A program made the position numbers and the translations under genes. This document shows positions 50,592-60,151 of a stretch of DNA of 64,000 nucleotides, one piece after another. The stretch spans positions 96,001 to 160,000 of the forward strand of contig CAWCDG010000004.1 in NCBI GenBank assembly GCA_963794325.1. The letters are read 5' to 3'. The notes beneath the pieces were generated by a model. It was not told the DNA's origin and made no database searches. It was given only the letters and a program-made list of their open reading frames with translations. The DNA is from an uncultured delta proteobacterium (lineage in GTDB: Bacteria > Desulfobacterota > Binatia > Binatales > Binataceae). Numbering within the stretch: the stretch's first letter is position 1; each line of letters begins with the position of its first letter.

Positions 50592-52385
50592 TCAGTTGAC
50601 CAGGCCGCCGTTGCCGGCCAGATCTTCAGGCGACATGAATTGCAGGTCGTAGAGCTTTCGGTATTCCTGGCCGCGCGCAAACAATTCGTCGTGGGTGCCG
50701 TCTTCGACGATTCGTCCGTGAACGACTACGACGATTCGGTCCGCGCGGCGAACCGTGGATAGTCGATGCGCTATCACCAGCGTCGTCCGGTTTTCCATCA
50801 GATGCTCGAGCGCTTCCTGCACCGACCGTTCGGAAGCGGAGTCCAGCGACGAGGTCGCCTCGTCGAGAATCAGAATCGGCGCGTCTTTGAGTAGTGCACG
50901 CGCGATCGCGATCCGCTGGCGCTCGCCACCGGAGATGCGCACGCCCAGCTCGCCCACCATCGTCTCGTAGCCGTTCGGCAGCCGCGAAATAAAATCGTGC
51001 GCATTAGCGAGCTTGGCGGCCGCGATCACGCGATCGAGCTTCTTGTCACTGCTGCCGTACGCGATGTTGGCGCGAATCGTATCGTCGAACAGAAACGTGC
51101 TCTGGGTCACGAGACCGATTTCCGCGCGCAGCGACTTGAGCCGCAGCTTGCGCAGGTCGATGCCATCGACCGTTATGCATCCCTGCTGAACGTCATAGAA
51201 ACGCGGGATCAAATCCGCCATCGTGGACTTGCCGCCGCCGCTCATCCCGACCAGCGCAACAACCTTGCCCTTGCCGATCTCAAGGTTGATATCGTGCAGC
51301 ACCCATTCGTCGCCGTATCTGAAGCTGACGTTTTCGAACGCGACGCTGTGCGGACCGGGCTGCAACTCGATTCCGTCGGGATCGTCGGGCACCTCGCTCG
51401 GCAGATCCATCATCTCGAAGACGCGCTCCGCCGCCGCGAGTCCTTGCTGAATACTGTTGTTGGTTTTGCCCAGCGCTTTGAAGGGGCGGTACACCAGGAT
51501 CATCGTAGTAAAGAATCCGGCGAATTGTCCCAGCGTGCGGGTTCCCGCCTGCAACGATCCTACCGCCCACCAGACCACAGCGACGACTGCGACCGCGCCG
51601 AGCGCCTCAATCAACGGCCCGGTGAAAGCCTTGATTCGCGCCACCCGCATGAAGATTCGGAACAGCCGCTTGAGCTCGCGATTGAAACGCGCGCGCTCGT
51701 AATCTTCCATTCCAAACGCCTTCACGACGCGATTCCCTTGCAAGGTTTCAACCAACAGAGATTGCAGGCCGCTCAGTTGCTTTTGCTGATTCTTGGTCTC
51801 GCGGCGAACTTTCTTCGACAGGCTGGCAATCGGCAGCACGATGATCGGGAACCCGATGAAGGCGATAATCGCGAGCCGCCAATCGATCCAGAAGGCCGTC
51901 ACCAGCAACGCGATCAGCGACATACCGTCGCCGAAAATCGAAAAGACGCCGTTACTCAAACTCGAAACCACCAGGCCGGCATCGCTGATGATTCGCGCGA
52001 CCATCACGCCGGTCGGCGTGCGATTGAAAAAACTCAACGACTGGCGTTGCAGACTTTCGTTCAGGTCGCCGCGAATATCGACGACCATCTTCTGAGTTAT
52101 ATAGGCGCTCAGATAGTCGTCTCCGAAGTTGGCAATCGCGCGGAGCAAAAACAGTCCCGCCAGCAGCAGCGAGTATTCGCGCAGCATCGACGCACTGTGC
52201 GCATCCAGCTGATTGCCGACCTTCAGATTGGTGACCAGGTCGACGACCAGCTTTATGATGAAGGGGATTCCCGCGCTGGCTAGCGACAGTATCGCCATCG
52301 CCACCGCAAGCAGCAGCACGTAAGGAAATACGTATGGGCGGATGTAGCCGTAGAGCCGCCGCTGCAATGGAGTGAACAACTTCAT
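50592..52385 (-). CDS. msbA: Lipid A export ABC transporter MsbA
   Basis: TM domain plus GMSGGGKST, ISGGERQR, ILDEATS; position in lipid A operon. Confidence 0.9.
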   Translation of the reverse strand: MKLFTPLQRRLYGYIRPYVFPYVLLLAVAMAILSLASAGIPFIIKLVVDLVTNLKVGNQLDAHSASMLREYSLLLAGLFLLRAIANFGDDYLSAYITQKMVVDIRGDLNESLQRQSLSFFNRTPTGVMVARIISDAGLVVSSLSNGVFSIFGDGMSLIALLVTAFWIDWRLAIIAFIGFPIIVLPIASLSKKVRRETKNQQKQLSGLQSLLVETLQGNRVVKAFGMEDYERARFNRELKRLFRIFMRVARIKAFTGPLIEALGAVAVVAVVWWAVGSLQAGTRTLGQFAGFFTTMILVYRPFKALGKTNNSIQQGLAAAERVFEMMDLPSEVPDDPDGIELQPGPHSVAFENVSFRYGDEWVLHDINLEIGKGKVVALVGMSGGGKSTMADLIPRFYDVQQGCITVDGIDLRKLRLKSLRAEIGLVTQSTFLFDDTIRANIAYGSSDKKLDRVIAAAKLANAHDFISRLPNGYETMVGELGVRISGGERQRIAIARALLKDAPILILDEATSSLDSASERSVQEALEHLMENRTTLVIAHRLSTVRRADRIVVVVHGRIVEDGTHDELFARGQEYRKLYDLQFMSPEDLAGNGGLVN

Positions 52386-53581
52386 GCGGCAATCCTCGAC
52401 GCGATCATCTCGAGCGCAATCGTCGCGACGCGGCCCGCCGCTCCGGGTGAACCGAGCTTTTCGCGCAACGATTTCAGCGCCGCCACCGTCTCGGCGCGGA
52501 TCGTCTCGCTTAGCAGGGGCTCGGCCGCTCGCACCAGCTTCTCCGGATTGACGTCACCCTGGATCAGTTCCGGCACGATCTGGCGGCCCGCCAGGATATT
52601 CGGCATCCCGATAAAATCGACTCCCGTGACGAGCATCCGGCCTAGGATATAGGTTAACGGCGATACTTTGTAGGCGATGACCTCGGGGCATCCGAGCAGC
52701 GCGGTCTCCAGCGTGGCAGTCCCTGACGCGACCATTGCGAGTTCGCTCGCCGCGACAATGTTGTAGGTATCGTTCTCGACAATCGTGATTCCCGACAGCT
52801 CCGCGCGGCCCACCTCGGTGAGTTCGGCCTTGGTCAGCGTCGGCGCAAGAGCGAGAGCTATTTCAAGATTGTGATCGCGCGCCACAATCCGCGCCGCCTT
52901 GATCATTGGATCAAGCAGATAGCGAACTTCGGCGCGGCGGCTCCCCGGCAGGATTGAAATGATTCGCGCGCGCGGTGGAAATCCGTGACGCTTCAAGGTT
53001 TCGTCCCGGCCCTGGACCGTCGCAACCCGGTCGAGCAGCGGATGCCCGACGAATGAAACTCGCTCGCCCGCCCGATGGAACAGTTCGGCCTCGAATGGCA
53101 GCACCACCGCAAGACGATCGGCGCGATCGACCAGCTTGTCCACTCGGCCGCGCCGCCACGCCCACACTTGCGGCGTGATGTAGTAAAGCACCGGCACTCC
53201 GTTGCGGCGCGCAGTGCCAGAGAGAATCAGGTTGAACTCCGCATAGTCGATCAGAATCACCAGGTCCGGCTTCTCGCGCCGGATGATTCGACGCAGCGTG
53301 CGAAACGCGCCGACCGTCCGCCCAATCGTCGAGGCTAGTTCCGAAAGTCCAAGTCCGTGGATGTCCTCGGTCTTGACGATCGCGCGCACACCGGCGGCGC
53401 GCATTTTCTCGCCGGCGATTCCGAACAGTTCGCACGACGAATCGCGCGAGAGAATTTCCCGCGCCAGGTCGCCACCGTGAAGATCGCCCGATGCCTCGCC
53501 GGCAACGATCATGATGCGGGCTTTGCGCTGGCTGCCTTTCCGGCGGTCATCAAACGGCGGCGCTTCGGCATTCAAGGGCAT
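52382..53581 (-). CDS. lpxB: Lipid-A-disaccharide synthase
   Basis: AGEASGD, P.VWAWR, LPFE, VGHP, LPGSR..E, SGTATLE. Confidence 0.96.
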   Translation of the reverse strand: MPLNAEAPPFDDRRKGSQRKARIMIVAGEASGDLHGGDLAREILSRDSSCELFGIAGEKMRAAGVRAIVKTEDIHGLGLSELASTIGRTVGAFRTLRRIIRREKPDLVILIDYAEFNLILSGTARRNGVPVLYYITPQVWAWRRGRVDKLVDRADRLAVVLPFEAELFHRAGERVSFVGHPLLDRVATVQGRDETLKRHGFPPRARIISILPGSRRAEVRYLLDPMIKAARIVARDHNLEIALALAPTLTKAELTEVGRAELSGITIVENDTYNIVAASELAMVASGTATLETALLGCPEVIAYKVSPLTYILGRMLVTGVDFIGMPNILAGRQIVPELIQGDVNPEKLVRAAEPLLSETIRAETVAALKSLREKLGSPGAAGRVATIALEMIASRIAA

Positions 53582-53632
53582 CGAAGCGATTGTGATTGAA
53601 AAGGCCAGTGTCGCAAATAGCCCGCTCGCGAT

Positions 53633-54097
53633 TCAATTGTCCTGTGCGAAGTTCCGGCGGATCGCATTGCGAATTTGATCGACCGGCGAGCCCTGCTCCG
53701 ACATCCGCTTCGCCAGCAACGCCTCGCCGGTGCAGATTTCGCACGACGCGCCGTGCGTGCTGCGATAGCAATCGAGCAGGTTCTGGTGACCTTCCGCTTT
53801 GTCGCACCCGCAATAGCAATGCAGTTCCGCCAGTATCTCCGGGTGTTGCTCCGCGAATTTGTACGCTTCCTTCACCGGACCAACGAACTGGTTTGGATCG
53901 AGCGTCAAGCGCGGCTGCGCGTTTTTCGATACGGCGATATCGGCCGCCTCCGCCGTTCCCGTGCAGCAGCAATGACCCGCGACGCACATCGCACCGCGCA
54001 CATTGCCATTCGGCCCGGAATCGCCGATCAATGGCCACAGGTACGCCAGCACGATAACCGCGGCGAACGAGATGCCGAAAACGATTGCGCGTCTCAT
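53633..54097 (-). CDS. PCYCGC-motif family protein (copy 1)
   Basis: LHCYCGCD...GH.NLLDCY...HG..C.IC..E; N-terminal TM; MCVAGHCCC. Confidence 0.85.
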   Translation of the reverse strand: MRRAIVFGISFAAVIVLAYLWPLIGDSGPNGNVRGAMCVAGHCCCTGTAEAADIAVSKNAQPRLTLDPNQFVGPVKEAYKFAEQHPEILAELHCYCGCDKAEGHQNLLDCYRSTHGASCEICTGEALLAKRMSEQGSPVDQIRNAIRRNFAQDN

Positions 54098-54699
54098 GCT
54101 GCACCACCCTTGTTCAGAGTTTTTTTGACGTCATTGACGATGTCTTGCGCTTTCACGACTTCGCCGTTGTATTCCTGGATCAGCCGCCCATCGGGTCCTA
54201 TCAACATCATATCAACCAGGTGACCTACCGAACCATCGGGCTCAACTTGCCGGCTGAGCTTGAAGCCCGCCAGCGCCCGATCGATATCCCCGGGACCGCC
54301 GGTCAGGAAGTACCATCCCTTTTCATCGGCGCCTTGCTGGCGAGAGTAATCCAGCAACTGTTTAGGGCCGTCATGCTCCGGGTCTACCGAGATCGAAACG
54401 ATCGTGACTTTCGAACCGAGGTCGTTGCCCAGTCGCAGCGCAACGTTCGCCAATTTCGCTGTCTCCATCAGGCACGGCCCCGGGCACGACGTATAGATGA
54501 AATCCACCACCATCGGCTTGCCCTTGAGCGACGTGAGTGAAACCGAATTGCCGTTCTGATCGACCAGCTTGGTGTCGGTTAGACAATTCTCCGCGACCGC
54601 ATTGCTGTTCGAGTCGTGATGGCATCCCGCGGCCGCGACCAGACCAGTGGTTATTGCAACAGCGATAACCACTGTTTTGAGATTAAGGTGAGTACTCAT
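54094..54699 (-). CDS. SCO1/SenC copper chaperone lipoprotein (copy 1)
   Basis: Lipobox AAGC; DFIYTSCPGPC, SVDPEHD, W.FLTG, GH. Confidence 0.92.
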   Translation of the reverse strand: MSTHLNLKTVVIAVAITTGLVAAAGCHHDSNSNAVAENCLTDTKLVDQNGNSVSLTSLKGKPMVVDFIYTSCPGPCLMETAKLANVALRLGNDLGSKVTIVSISVDPEHDGPKQLLDYSRQQGADEKGWYFLTGGPGDIDRALAGFKLSRQVEPDGSVGHLVDMMLIGPDGRLIQEYNGEVVKAQDIVNDVKKTLNKGGAA

Positions 54700-54741
54700 A
54701 TATCTCCCGCTTTACCTAGTTAATACTTAAATGCTCATTAC

Positions 54742-55605
54742 TCAATGAGGCGGAGGTGTATTAGCCAGTACTACCGACCATGCAATCACCGCTGCCAGCA
54801 AGGTGCATTCCACGGCCACATTGCGAATTAGCGCCGCACGCGCCGACAACTCTCCCACGCTCCCTACCAGCCGATACCGATTGTAGCCGCCTATCAACAT
54901 CACCGTTGCGGCTGTGCCTACCTTCCAGAGCAACGTGCGTCCATAAATCGAATTCACCAGCAGATCGAGTTGTAGTCCCAGCGCTTCGTACGCTCTGATC
55001 AGGCCGGTTACGATTAAGGTACAAACCGACCATCCCGCAATCCGGGATACTCGCGACGTAGCCGATCTTAGCCAATCCGCTCCCGCGTGTCCGTACGTGG
55101 CGCCTATCAGCAAATAGACCAGCGCGCCGATCCACATCCCCGCTGCCGCCTGGTGCGTGAAATGAATTGTGATCGCGAATGCGCCCTTGTCCACCGCGTG
55201 ACTCGTGAAGCTTTGAAAGGCCATCAGCAGTGCCGAGATGACGAATATCAGCGCGGTTGCGAACCTCCCTGGTGCCGCGACCCAGGCTACCAGAGCCAGC
55301 AGCAGCGCCACCGCCAGCCGCCAGGTCCATACCCGGCCTGCATACGTCTCGCGCATTATTTGCGGCATCACCGGGATCACTTCTCTGAAGGTCGAGTCGG
55401 CCATGCCTGCCGCAACCGACAGCAACCTTAGCGGCGACATCACCAGAACGACCAGCGCGAGCACCCGCCACAACGACACCAGGCTGCGGTTCAATCGATC
55501 GCCGTCGCTCACGCGAGGCGCCGCGGCGAGCGCGAACGCCGATGTTCCGAATATCAGCACCTGCGATCCGACCAGCGGCCACGCGAAAATTGGCTGCGGA
55601 ATCAC
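54742..55605 (-). CDS. copD: CopD family copper transport protein
   Basis: TSHA, H..AA..WIG, YGR.L..K, NR; GTG start overlaps copC stop. Confidence 0.85.
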   Translation of the reverse strand: MIPQPIFAWPLVGSQVLIFGTSAFALAAAPRVSDGDRLNRSLVSLWRVLALVVLVMSPLRLLSVAAGMADSTFREVIPVMPQIMRETYAGRVWTWRLAVALLLALVAWVAAPGRFATALIFVISALLMAFQSFTSHAVDKGAFAITIHFTHQAAAGMWIGALVYLLIGATYGHAGADWLRSATSRVSRIAGWSVCTLIVTGLIRAYEALGLQLDLLVNSIYGRTLLWKVGTAATVMLIGGYNRYRLVGSVGELSARAALIRNVAVECTLLAAVIAWSVVLANTPPPH

Positions 55606-55982
55606 GATCCGCCGTTTGCAACCGTGAAGGTGTACGAACCTTGCGTGTGATGCGTATCGATGCAGACGACCGCCCACTTGACCGTGTAGTCGCCGGGTTT
55701 CAGCGCGGGCACCTTGACCGATAACTGGCGCCCGTCGTCGCTGACCTGCGGCGCACCCGCCGCCTGGTTCGCGCCGTCGGCGCCGGTCACTTCCAGCTTG
55801 GCGAACAGCTTCTCTATCGGTGCGTCAAACTTGATCGCAACCTCGGACGGTGGCGATGGGACGGTTTGTCCTGCCGACGGAGTTTCCTGTTCGGGAAACG
55901 AATGCGCCCAGACGGCCGTCGGATTACTCACTCCAATAGCCAGTAGCGCGACAGCGCATAGCCACATACTCACTTTTTTCAT
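55602..55982 (-). CDS. copC: CopC periplasmic copper-binding protein
   Basis: Signal peptide then mature N-terminal H (HSFP..P), L.PG.Y.V.W..V..DTH...G...F.V. Confidence 0.92.
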   Translation of the reverse strand: MKKVSMWLCAVALLAIGVSNPTAVWAHSFPEQETPSAGQTVPSPPSEVAIKFDAPIEKLFAKLEVTGADGANQAAGAPQVSDDGRQLSVKVPALKPGDYTVKWAVVCIDTHHTQGSYTFTVANGGS

Positions 55983-56899
55983 TCGCCGGGTCCTCGATTG
56001 ATAGTCCAGTTTCCCCATTTCGGGAAAAACGAATCGTAAAAGATGTCGAGCAGTCCAAGTATTGCGGCATGAGTTCCGGGCTTACTCGCGTTGTTGAGCG
56101 CGAACTGAGTACCCAGTTCCACTTCAAAGTGGTAACTGACGTAAGCCACTCCCGGCGTGGCAAGGATCGTTGGAAAGGTCTGGCCCGATGGCCCCGTTAT
56201 CAGTTGGTCGTAGTTGAATTCGTTGAACAGAAACATATTTCGCAGCGGCCACTTCAGGCCGATGTCCTGAACGTTGTTGCTGAGATAAGGGAGCGAGTAC
56301 TCGACCACGGCGTCGGCAAACATGTGATGGCTGGTGGGTCCGCCCAGCGCCGGCACATAGCCAAAATCGGTCTGAACGCCCAACGGCCGCAAGTACTTGA
56401 GCACCGGCCAGTTGGGAAGATCGCCCATGCCTTTCTCCCACAGGAAAGTCGGCCCCAGGCTCGTATGACTCGACGCCTGGATACCGGTGTTGCCAGCTGG
56501 TACCTGGATTTGCGCTCCAATCGAGGCCAGGAACTCATGCTTCTGCGAATAAAAGAACGCCCACTTCGCAAACATCGTGAGACCACCGAAGCCATCGAGG
56601 TTCTGTCCGTGGTAGGGCGACTGATGCTGCCAGAAGCTGCCGCCGCCGATGCTGAATCGCGGCATGTAGTTGTCATCGATCCACAGCACTTTCTCGATTG
56701 ACGACGAAATTGAATAACTGTTGCCGTCGCTACTCTTGACCCACGACGGCCCCAACACGTCGAATTCGTTAGCCGGCGCGGGATCCTGCGTGATCAGCGG
56801 CTCAAGAAATATATAGTCACCAACAACTCCGTGCGCGTACACCGCGCTCGCGCGCATCGCAAACACCATCATCAACGTTACAATTAGTTTCCTTCGCAT
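55979..56899 (-). CDS. Putative outer-membrane beta-barrel with mature N-terminal His
   Basis: Signal peptide AVYA-HGVVGD; amphipathic beta pattern; overlaps copC start. Confidence 0.65.
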   Translation of the reverse strand: MRRKLIVTLMMVFAMRASAVYAHGVVGDYIFLEPLITQDPAPANEFDVLGPSWVKSSDGNSYSISSSIEKVLWIDDNYMPRFSIGGGSFWQHQSPYHGQNLDGFGGLTMFAKWAFFYSQKHEFLASIGAQIQVPAGNTGIQASSHTSLGPTFLWEKGMGDLPNWPVLKYLRPLGVQTDFGYVPALGGPTSHHMFADAVVEYSLPYLSNNVQDIGLKWPLRNMFLFNEFNYDQLITGPSGQTFPTILATPGVAYVSYHFEVELGTQFALNNASKPGTHAAILGLLDIFYDSFFPKWGNWTINRGPGE

Positions 56900-56953
56900 A
56901 AACATCTCCCGAGCCACCTCAGGCCCATCGATCGGACTACTCCCGAAGGCCGA

Positions 56954-57400
56954 TTATTCCCGCGACAGGCGGGCGATCGAGCGTAAATATACGAAGAGCG
57001 CACCCGCGAACAACGCCATGTCCAGCACTAGCTCCAGCCACATCCTTGGTCGCGATGGCGCGCCGGCGCCGAAACAGCCGCAGTCGAGCGTGAGACCCCG
57101 CAGCAGCGCGGACGCCAGGGCCGTGAAAAATATTGCAGAGAGTAAAATGATCGCGAGCGAACCAATTCGTCTGGTCCGCGGCGCTAGCATCAAGAGGCCG
57201 CATGCAATCTCAAACGGCGGCAGACAGAGGGCCAATAAACTTATGAACACCGCCGGCAGGATCCCGAATGCAGCGATGCTGTCCGCGAACTGCAATGGAT
57301 CGCTGATCTTGTCGATGGCCGCGTAGATGAAAATCCCGGCCATCGCCAGGCTGACCATCACCACTACATAGGCTTGACGCCGATTATCGGATGCTATCAT
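56954..57400 (-). CDS. MauE/DoxX family membrane protein
   Basis: F..A...KI..P..F, LP..E...G, RGL..DCGCFG. Confidence 0.88.
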   Translation of the reverse strand: MIASDNRRQAYVVVMVSLAMAGIFIYAAIDKISDPLQFADSIAAFGILPAVFISLLALCLPPFEIACGLLMLAPRTRRIGSLAIILLSAIFFTALASALLRGLTLDCGCFGAGAPSRPRMWLELVLDMALFAGALFVYLRSIARLSRE

Positions 57401-57987
57401 CGTTCGCTCCCCGTCGACGCCGGCAGTCCCGCCGCCGACCACGCATCCCATCCTCCGGTGAACACGCTGACATTGTTGAAGCCGAGACTCAGCAACGCGT
57501 TTGCGACGAGGCGGCTGTCATGACAGTCGCCGCCGGAGCAGTACACGATGATCCGCTTGTCATGGGAGGCATCCAGCACTCCGGCCAGGCGCCGATAGTC
57601 TTTCGGGAAGTCATCTCGCGCGAGGTTGAGCGCGTTCGGGACGTGTCCCTGCTCGAAGAAGACCGACGGGCGCGCATCAAGAATCAGCGCACTCTTGCTC
57701 TCGACGGCTGCACGGAATTCATCGAGTTCCACAGTCGCCGCCGGCGCGATCTTGAACGGCGGTGCCGCGACCAGAGTCGTCAACTCGGCATCGAACCGCT
57801 GCTCCGGCGTTTTATAGATGATAGGAAGTGGAGCGGATGAAAAACGGTTCATCATCACTCCGGCCGCCAGCGACGCTATCGCAAGCAAAGCAACGATACC
57901 GAGATCGCGCAAAATCACCGATCTTGGATTCCTTGATTGAGATTGCCTCGCCGCATCGGAAGTGCCGCTCGATACTGCCGAAGTCAT
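57397..57987 (-). CDS. Membrane-anchored rhodanese-like protein
   Basis: LDARP...F..GH.P.A.NL, IVYCSG.DC, GG..AW...GLP. Confidence 0.88.
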   Translation of the reverse strand: MTSAVSSGTSDAARQSQSRNPRSVILRDLGIVALLAIASLAAGVMMNRFSSAPLPIIYKTPEQRFDAELTTLVAAPPFKIAPAATVELDEFRAAVESKSALILDARPSVFFEQGHVPNALNLARDDFPKDYRRLAGVLDASHDKRIIVYCSGGDCHDSRLVANALLSLGFNNVSVFTGGWDAWSAAGLPASTGSER

Positions 57988-58030
57988 GCGAGTAAGTTAA
58001 CGGAGGGAGTTGCCAATTGCTGCTTCCGCT

Positions 58031-58420
58031 TCATGGGTGCCTGGAGGTCGTAAGAATCGCCATGAGCGAGGCGCGATCACGCTCTTCCTGTGCTTGTAGC
58101 TCGTATTCTTTGCGTTCCTGCTCAGAAATTTTGGCATTCTCATAGTTCGCTATGACGCGGCATTGCGAAATTTCCATATCACGCGCGTAGTTTTCCTTTT
58201 GCGTCTGCGCTTCAACGGAAGCTTCGCGAGTTGCTGTTATGCGCGCCATTTGATCGCGGCTACGAGTCATGGATTCATCGATACACTGTTTCTCGCTCTC
58301 AGCGATTTCTCGCCTCTTTTTCCCGAACTGTGCGAGCCTGGGATCCGAGTCGCTGGTTCGGATGTTTGAAGAAACGCATCCGGCAAGCACTAAGACTGCG
58401 ACTAGGCCGATCTTCGTCAT
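58031..58420 (-). CDS. Hypothetical lipoprotein, helical, two further Cys
   Basis: MTKIGLVAVLVLAGC lipobox. Confidence 0.6.
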   Translation of the reverse strand: MTKIGLVAVLVLAGCVSSNIRTSDSDPRLAQFGKKRREIAESEKQCIDESMTRSRDQMARITATREASVEAQTQKENYARDMEISQCRVIANYENAKISEQERKEYELQAQEERDRASLMAILTTSRHP

Positions 58421-58455
58421 TTGACCCGGGTGCACTTGGGAATCGTCCTGAGGGA

Positions 58456-59028
58456 TCAGGGCTTGCCGTTAGACTCCGTCGCAGACTTATGCGGTAACAG
58501 CGGTAGCACCGCGTCCGCCAGACTCTTTTCGGTAACCGGTGTTTGATCGGGTGTAAGCTTTGCGCGCACCACTCCATTACCATCCACGACAATTGTCATC
58601 GGCAAAGCGTCGGGTGTCCCGAAATCGTTAACTTTGGCGTCATCCAGCATCGCGGCCGGATAGCTGTATGATTGCATAACCTTGGTTACGTCGGATCGGT
58701 CGTGTGGACGGTCCGCGCTCATGCCAATCATCTCTAGACCTTGGCCATGGTACCGCCGATAGAACGCGTCCAGCGCGGGCATTTCCTCGCGGCAAGGCGG
58801 ACACCAGGTCGCCCAGAAGTTGACGATTACGACTTTCCCGCGCAGCGCACTTAGATCGAATGCCTGACCGTCGAGTTCAGTCACGTCCAGCGCGGGTGCA
58901 GGGTTACCGACAGTTGCGGAGGCGAACGCGATTGCGGCCACGCAAATGATCGCGGCTAGTCCCGCACCGCCGAACCACAATATCGTTTGCCTCACGCTCG
59001 CCCTCCTCGCATTTCTGCCATTCGTCAA
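58456..59028 (-). CDS. TlpA-family thiol-disulfide reductase
   Basis: NFWATWCPPCREEMP, LP.T..VD..G. Confidence 0.92.
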   Translation of the reverse strand: MTNGRNARRASVRQTILWFGGAGLAAIICVAAIAFASATVGNPAPALDVTELDGQAFDLSALRGKVVIVNFWATWCPPCREEMPALDAFYRRYHGQGLEMIGMSADRPHDRSDVTKVMQSYSYPAAMLDDAKVNDFGTPDALPMTIVVDGNGVVRAKLTPDQTPVTEKSLADAVLPLLPHKSATESNGKP

Positions 59029-59489
59029 TTTCCCCCAGCGTATTGTCTTCGGATCGCATCACGGATCTGTTCGACCGGCGAACCCTGCTCCGATAGTTGC
59101 TGCGCCATCATTGCCTCGCCGATGCAGATTTCGCACTTCGAGCCGTGATCGCCTCGATAACAATCGAGCAGATTCTGATGGCCGTACTCCCGGTCACATC
59201 CGCAGTAGCAGTGCAGTTGAGCCAGCAGCGCGGGATTCTTCTCCGCAACCTGGTACGCCTGCCTAGCCGGACCAACGAACTGGTTGGGATCGAGTGTCAC
59301 GCGTTCCTGCGCCATGTTGAGCGCGACCGTATCTGCCTTCGCCAACCGCGCGCAGCAGCAATGACCCGCTATGCACATCGCGCCAACCGCGCTGCCACTT
59401 TCCGTTGATGAAGCACCGAACGACGGCCACAGATAAGCCACTGCGAGGAGGGCCGCCGCGGAACAGCCCAAAATTATCGTTCGCTTCAT
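59025..59489 (-). CDS. PCYCGC-motif family protein (copy 2)
   Basis: LHCYCGCD...GH.NLLDCY...HG..C.IC; MCIAGHCCC. Confidence 0.85.
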   Translation of the reverse strand: MKRTIILGCSAAALLAVAYLWPSFGASSTESGSAVGAMCIAGHCCCARLAKADTVALNMAQERVTLDPNQFVGPARQAYQVAEKNPALLAQLHCYCGCDREYGHQNLLDCYRGDHGSKCEICIGEAMMAQQLSEQGSPVEQIRDAIRRQYAGGN

Positions 59490-59499
59490 TCTGATTCTC

Positions 59500-60090
59500 T
59501 CAACCCTGGTTCAACGTTTTCTTGACGTCCTCGACGATGTCCTGCGCCCTTACCGCCTCGCCATTGTATTCTCGAACTATCCGCCCATCCGGGCCGATCA
59601 GCATCATGGAAATCAGGTGCCCAACCGAACCGTCCGGCTCGATTTGACGGCTGAGCTTGAAACCGGCCAGCGCCTTATCGACGTCCGCCGGCCCTCCGGT
59701 CAGGAAATACCAGCCCTTCTCATCCGCGCCCTGCTGATGCGAGTAGGCGAGCAACTGTTTGGGACCGTCATGCTCGGGATCGACCGTGATCGAAACGAGC
59801 GTCACCTTCGAACCGAGATCGTTGCCCAGCCGCAGCGCGACGTTCGCAAACTTTGCAGTCTCCATCAGGCATGGACCGGGGCACGTCGTATAGATGAAAT
59901 CCACCACCATCGGCTTGCCCTTGAGCGACGAGAGCTCAACCGTATTGCCGTTCTGATCGACCAGCTTGGTGTCAGTGAGGACACTAGCGCCCTCCGCGGT
60001 TGAGTCGCGGTGGCATCCAGCGGCCGCAAGCAAGCTGGACATTACGATAAGCGTGACTGCGATAGATCTGAGACTTCGATGAATCCTCAT
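59500..60090 (-). CDS. SCO1/SenC copper chaperone lipoprotein (copy 2)
   Basis: AAGC lipobox; DFIYTTCPGPC; near-identical to 54094-54699. Confidence 0.92.
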   Translation of the reverse strand: MRIHRSLRSIAVTLIVMSSLLAAAGCHRDSTAEGASVLTDTKLVDQNGNTVELSSLKGKPMVVDFIYTTCPGPCLMETAKFANVALRLGNDLGSKVTLVSITVDPEHDGPKQLLAYSHQQGADEKGWYFLTGGPADVDKALAGFKLSRQIEPDGSVGHLISMMLIGPDGRIVREYNGEAVRAQDIVEDVKKTLNQG

Positions 60091-60151
60091 GACTGCATCC
60101 TGGTATTTAGGTTTTAATTAAAATTTCGCACCGCATCTGATCACTCCCGGG

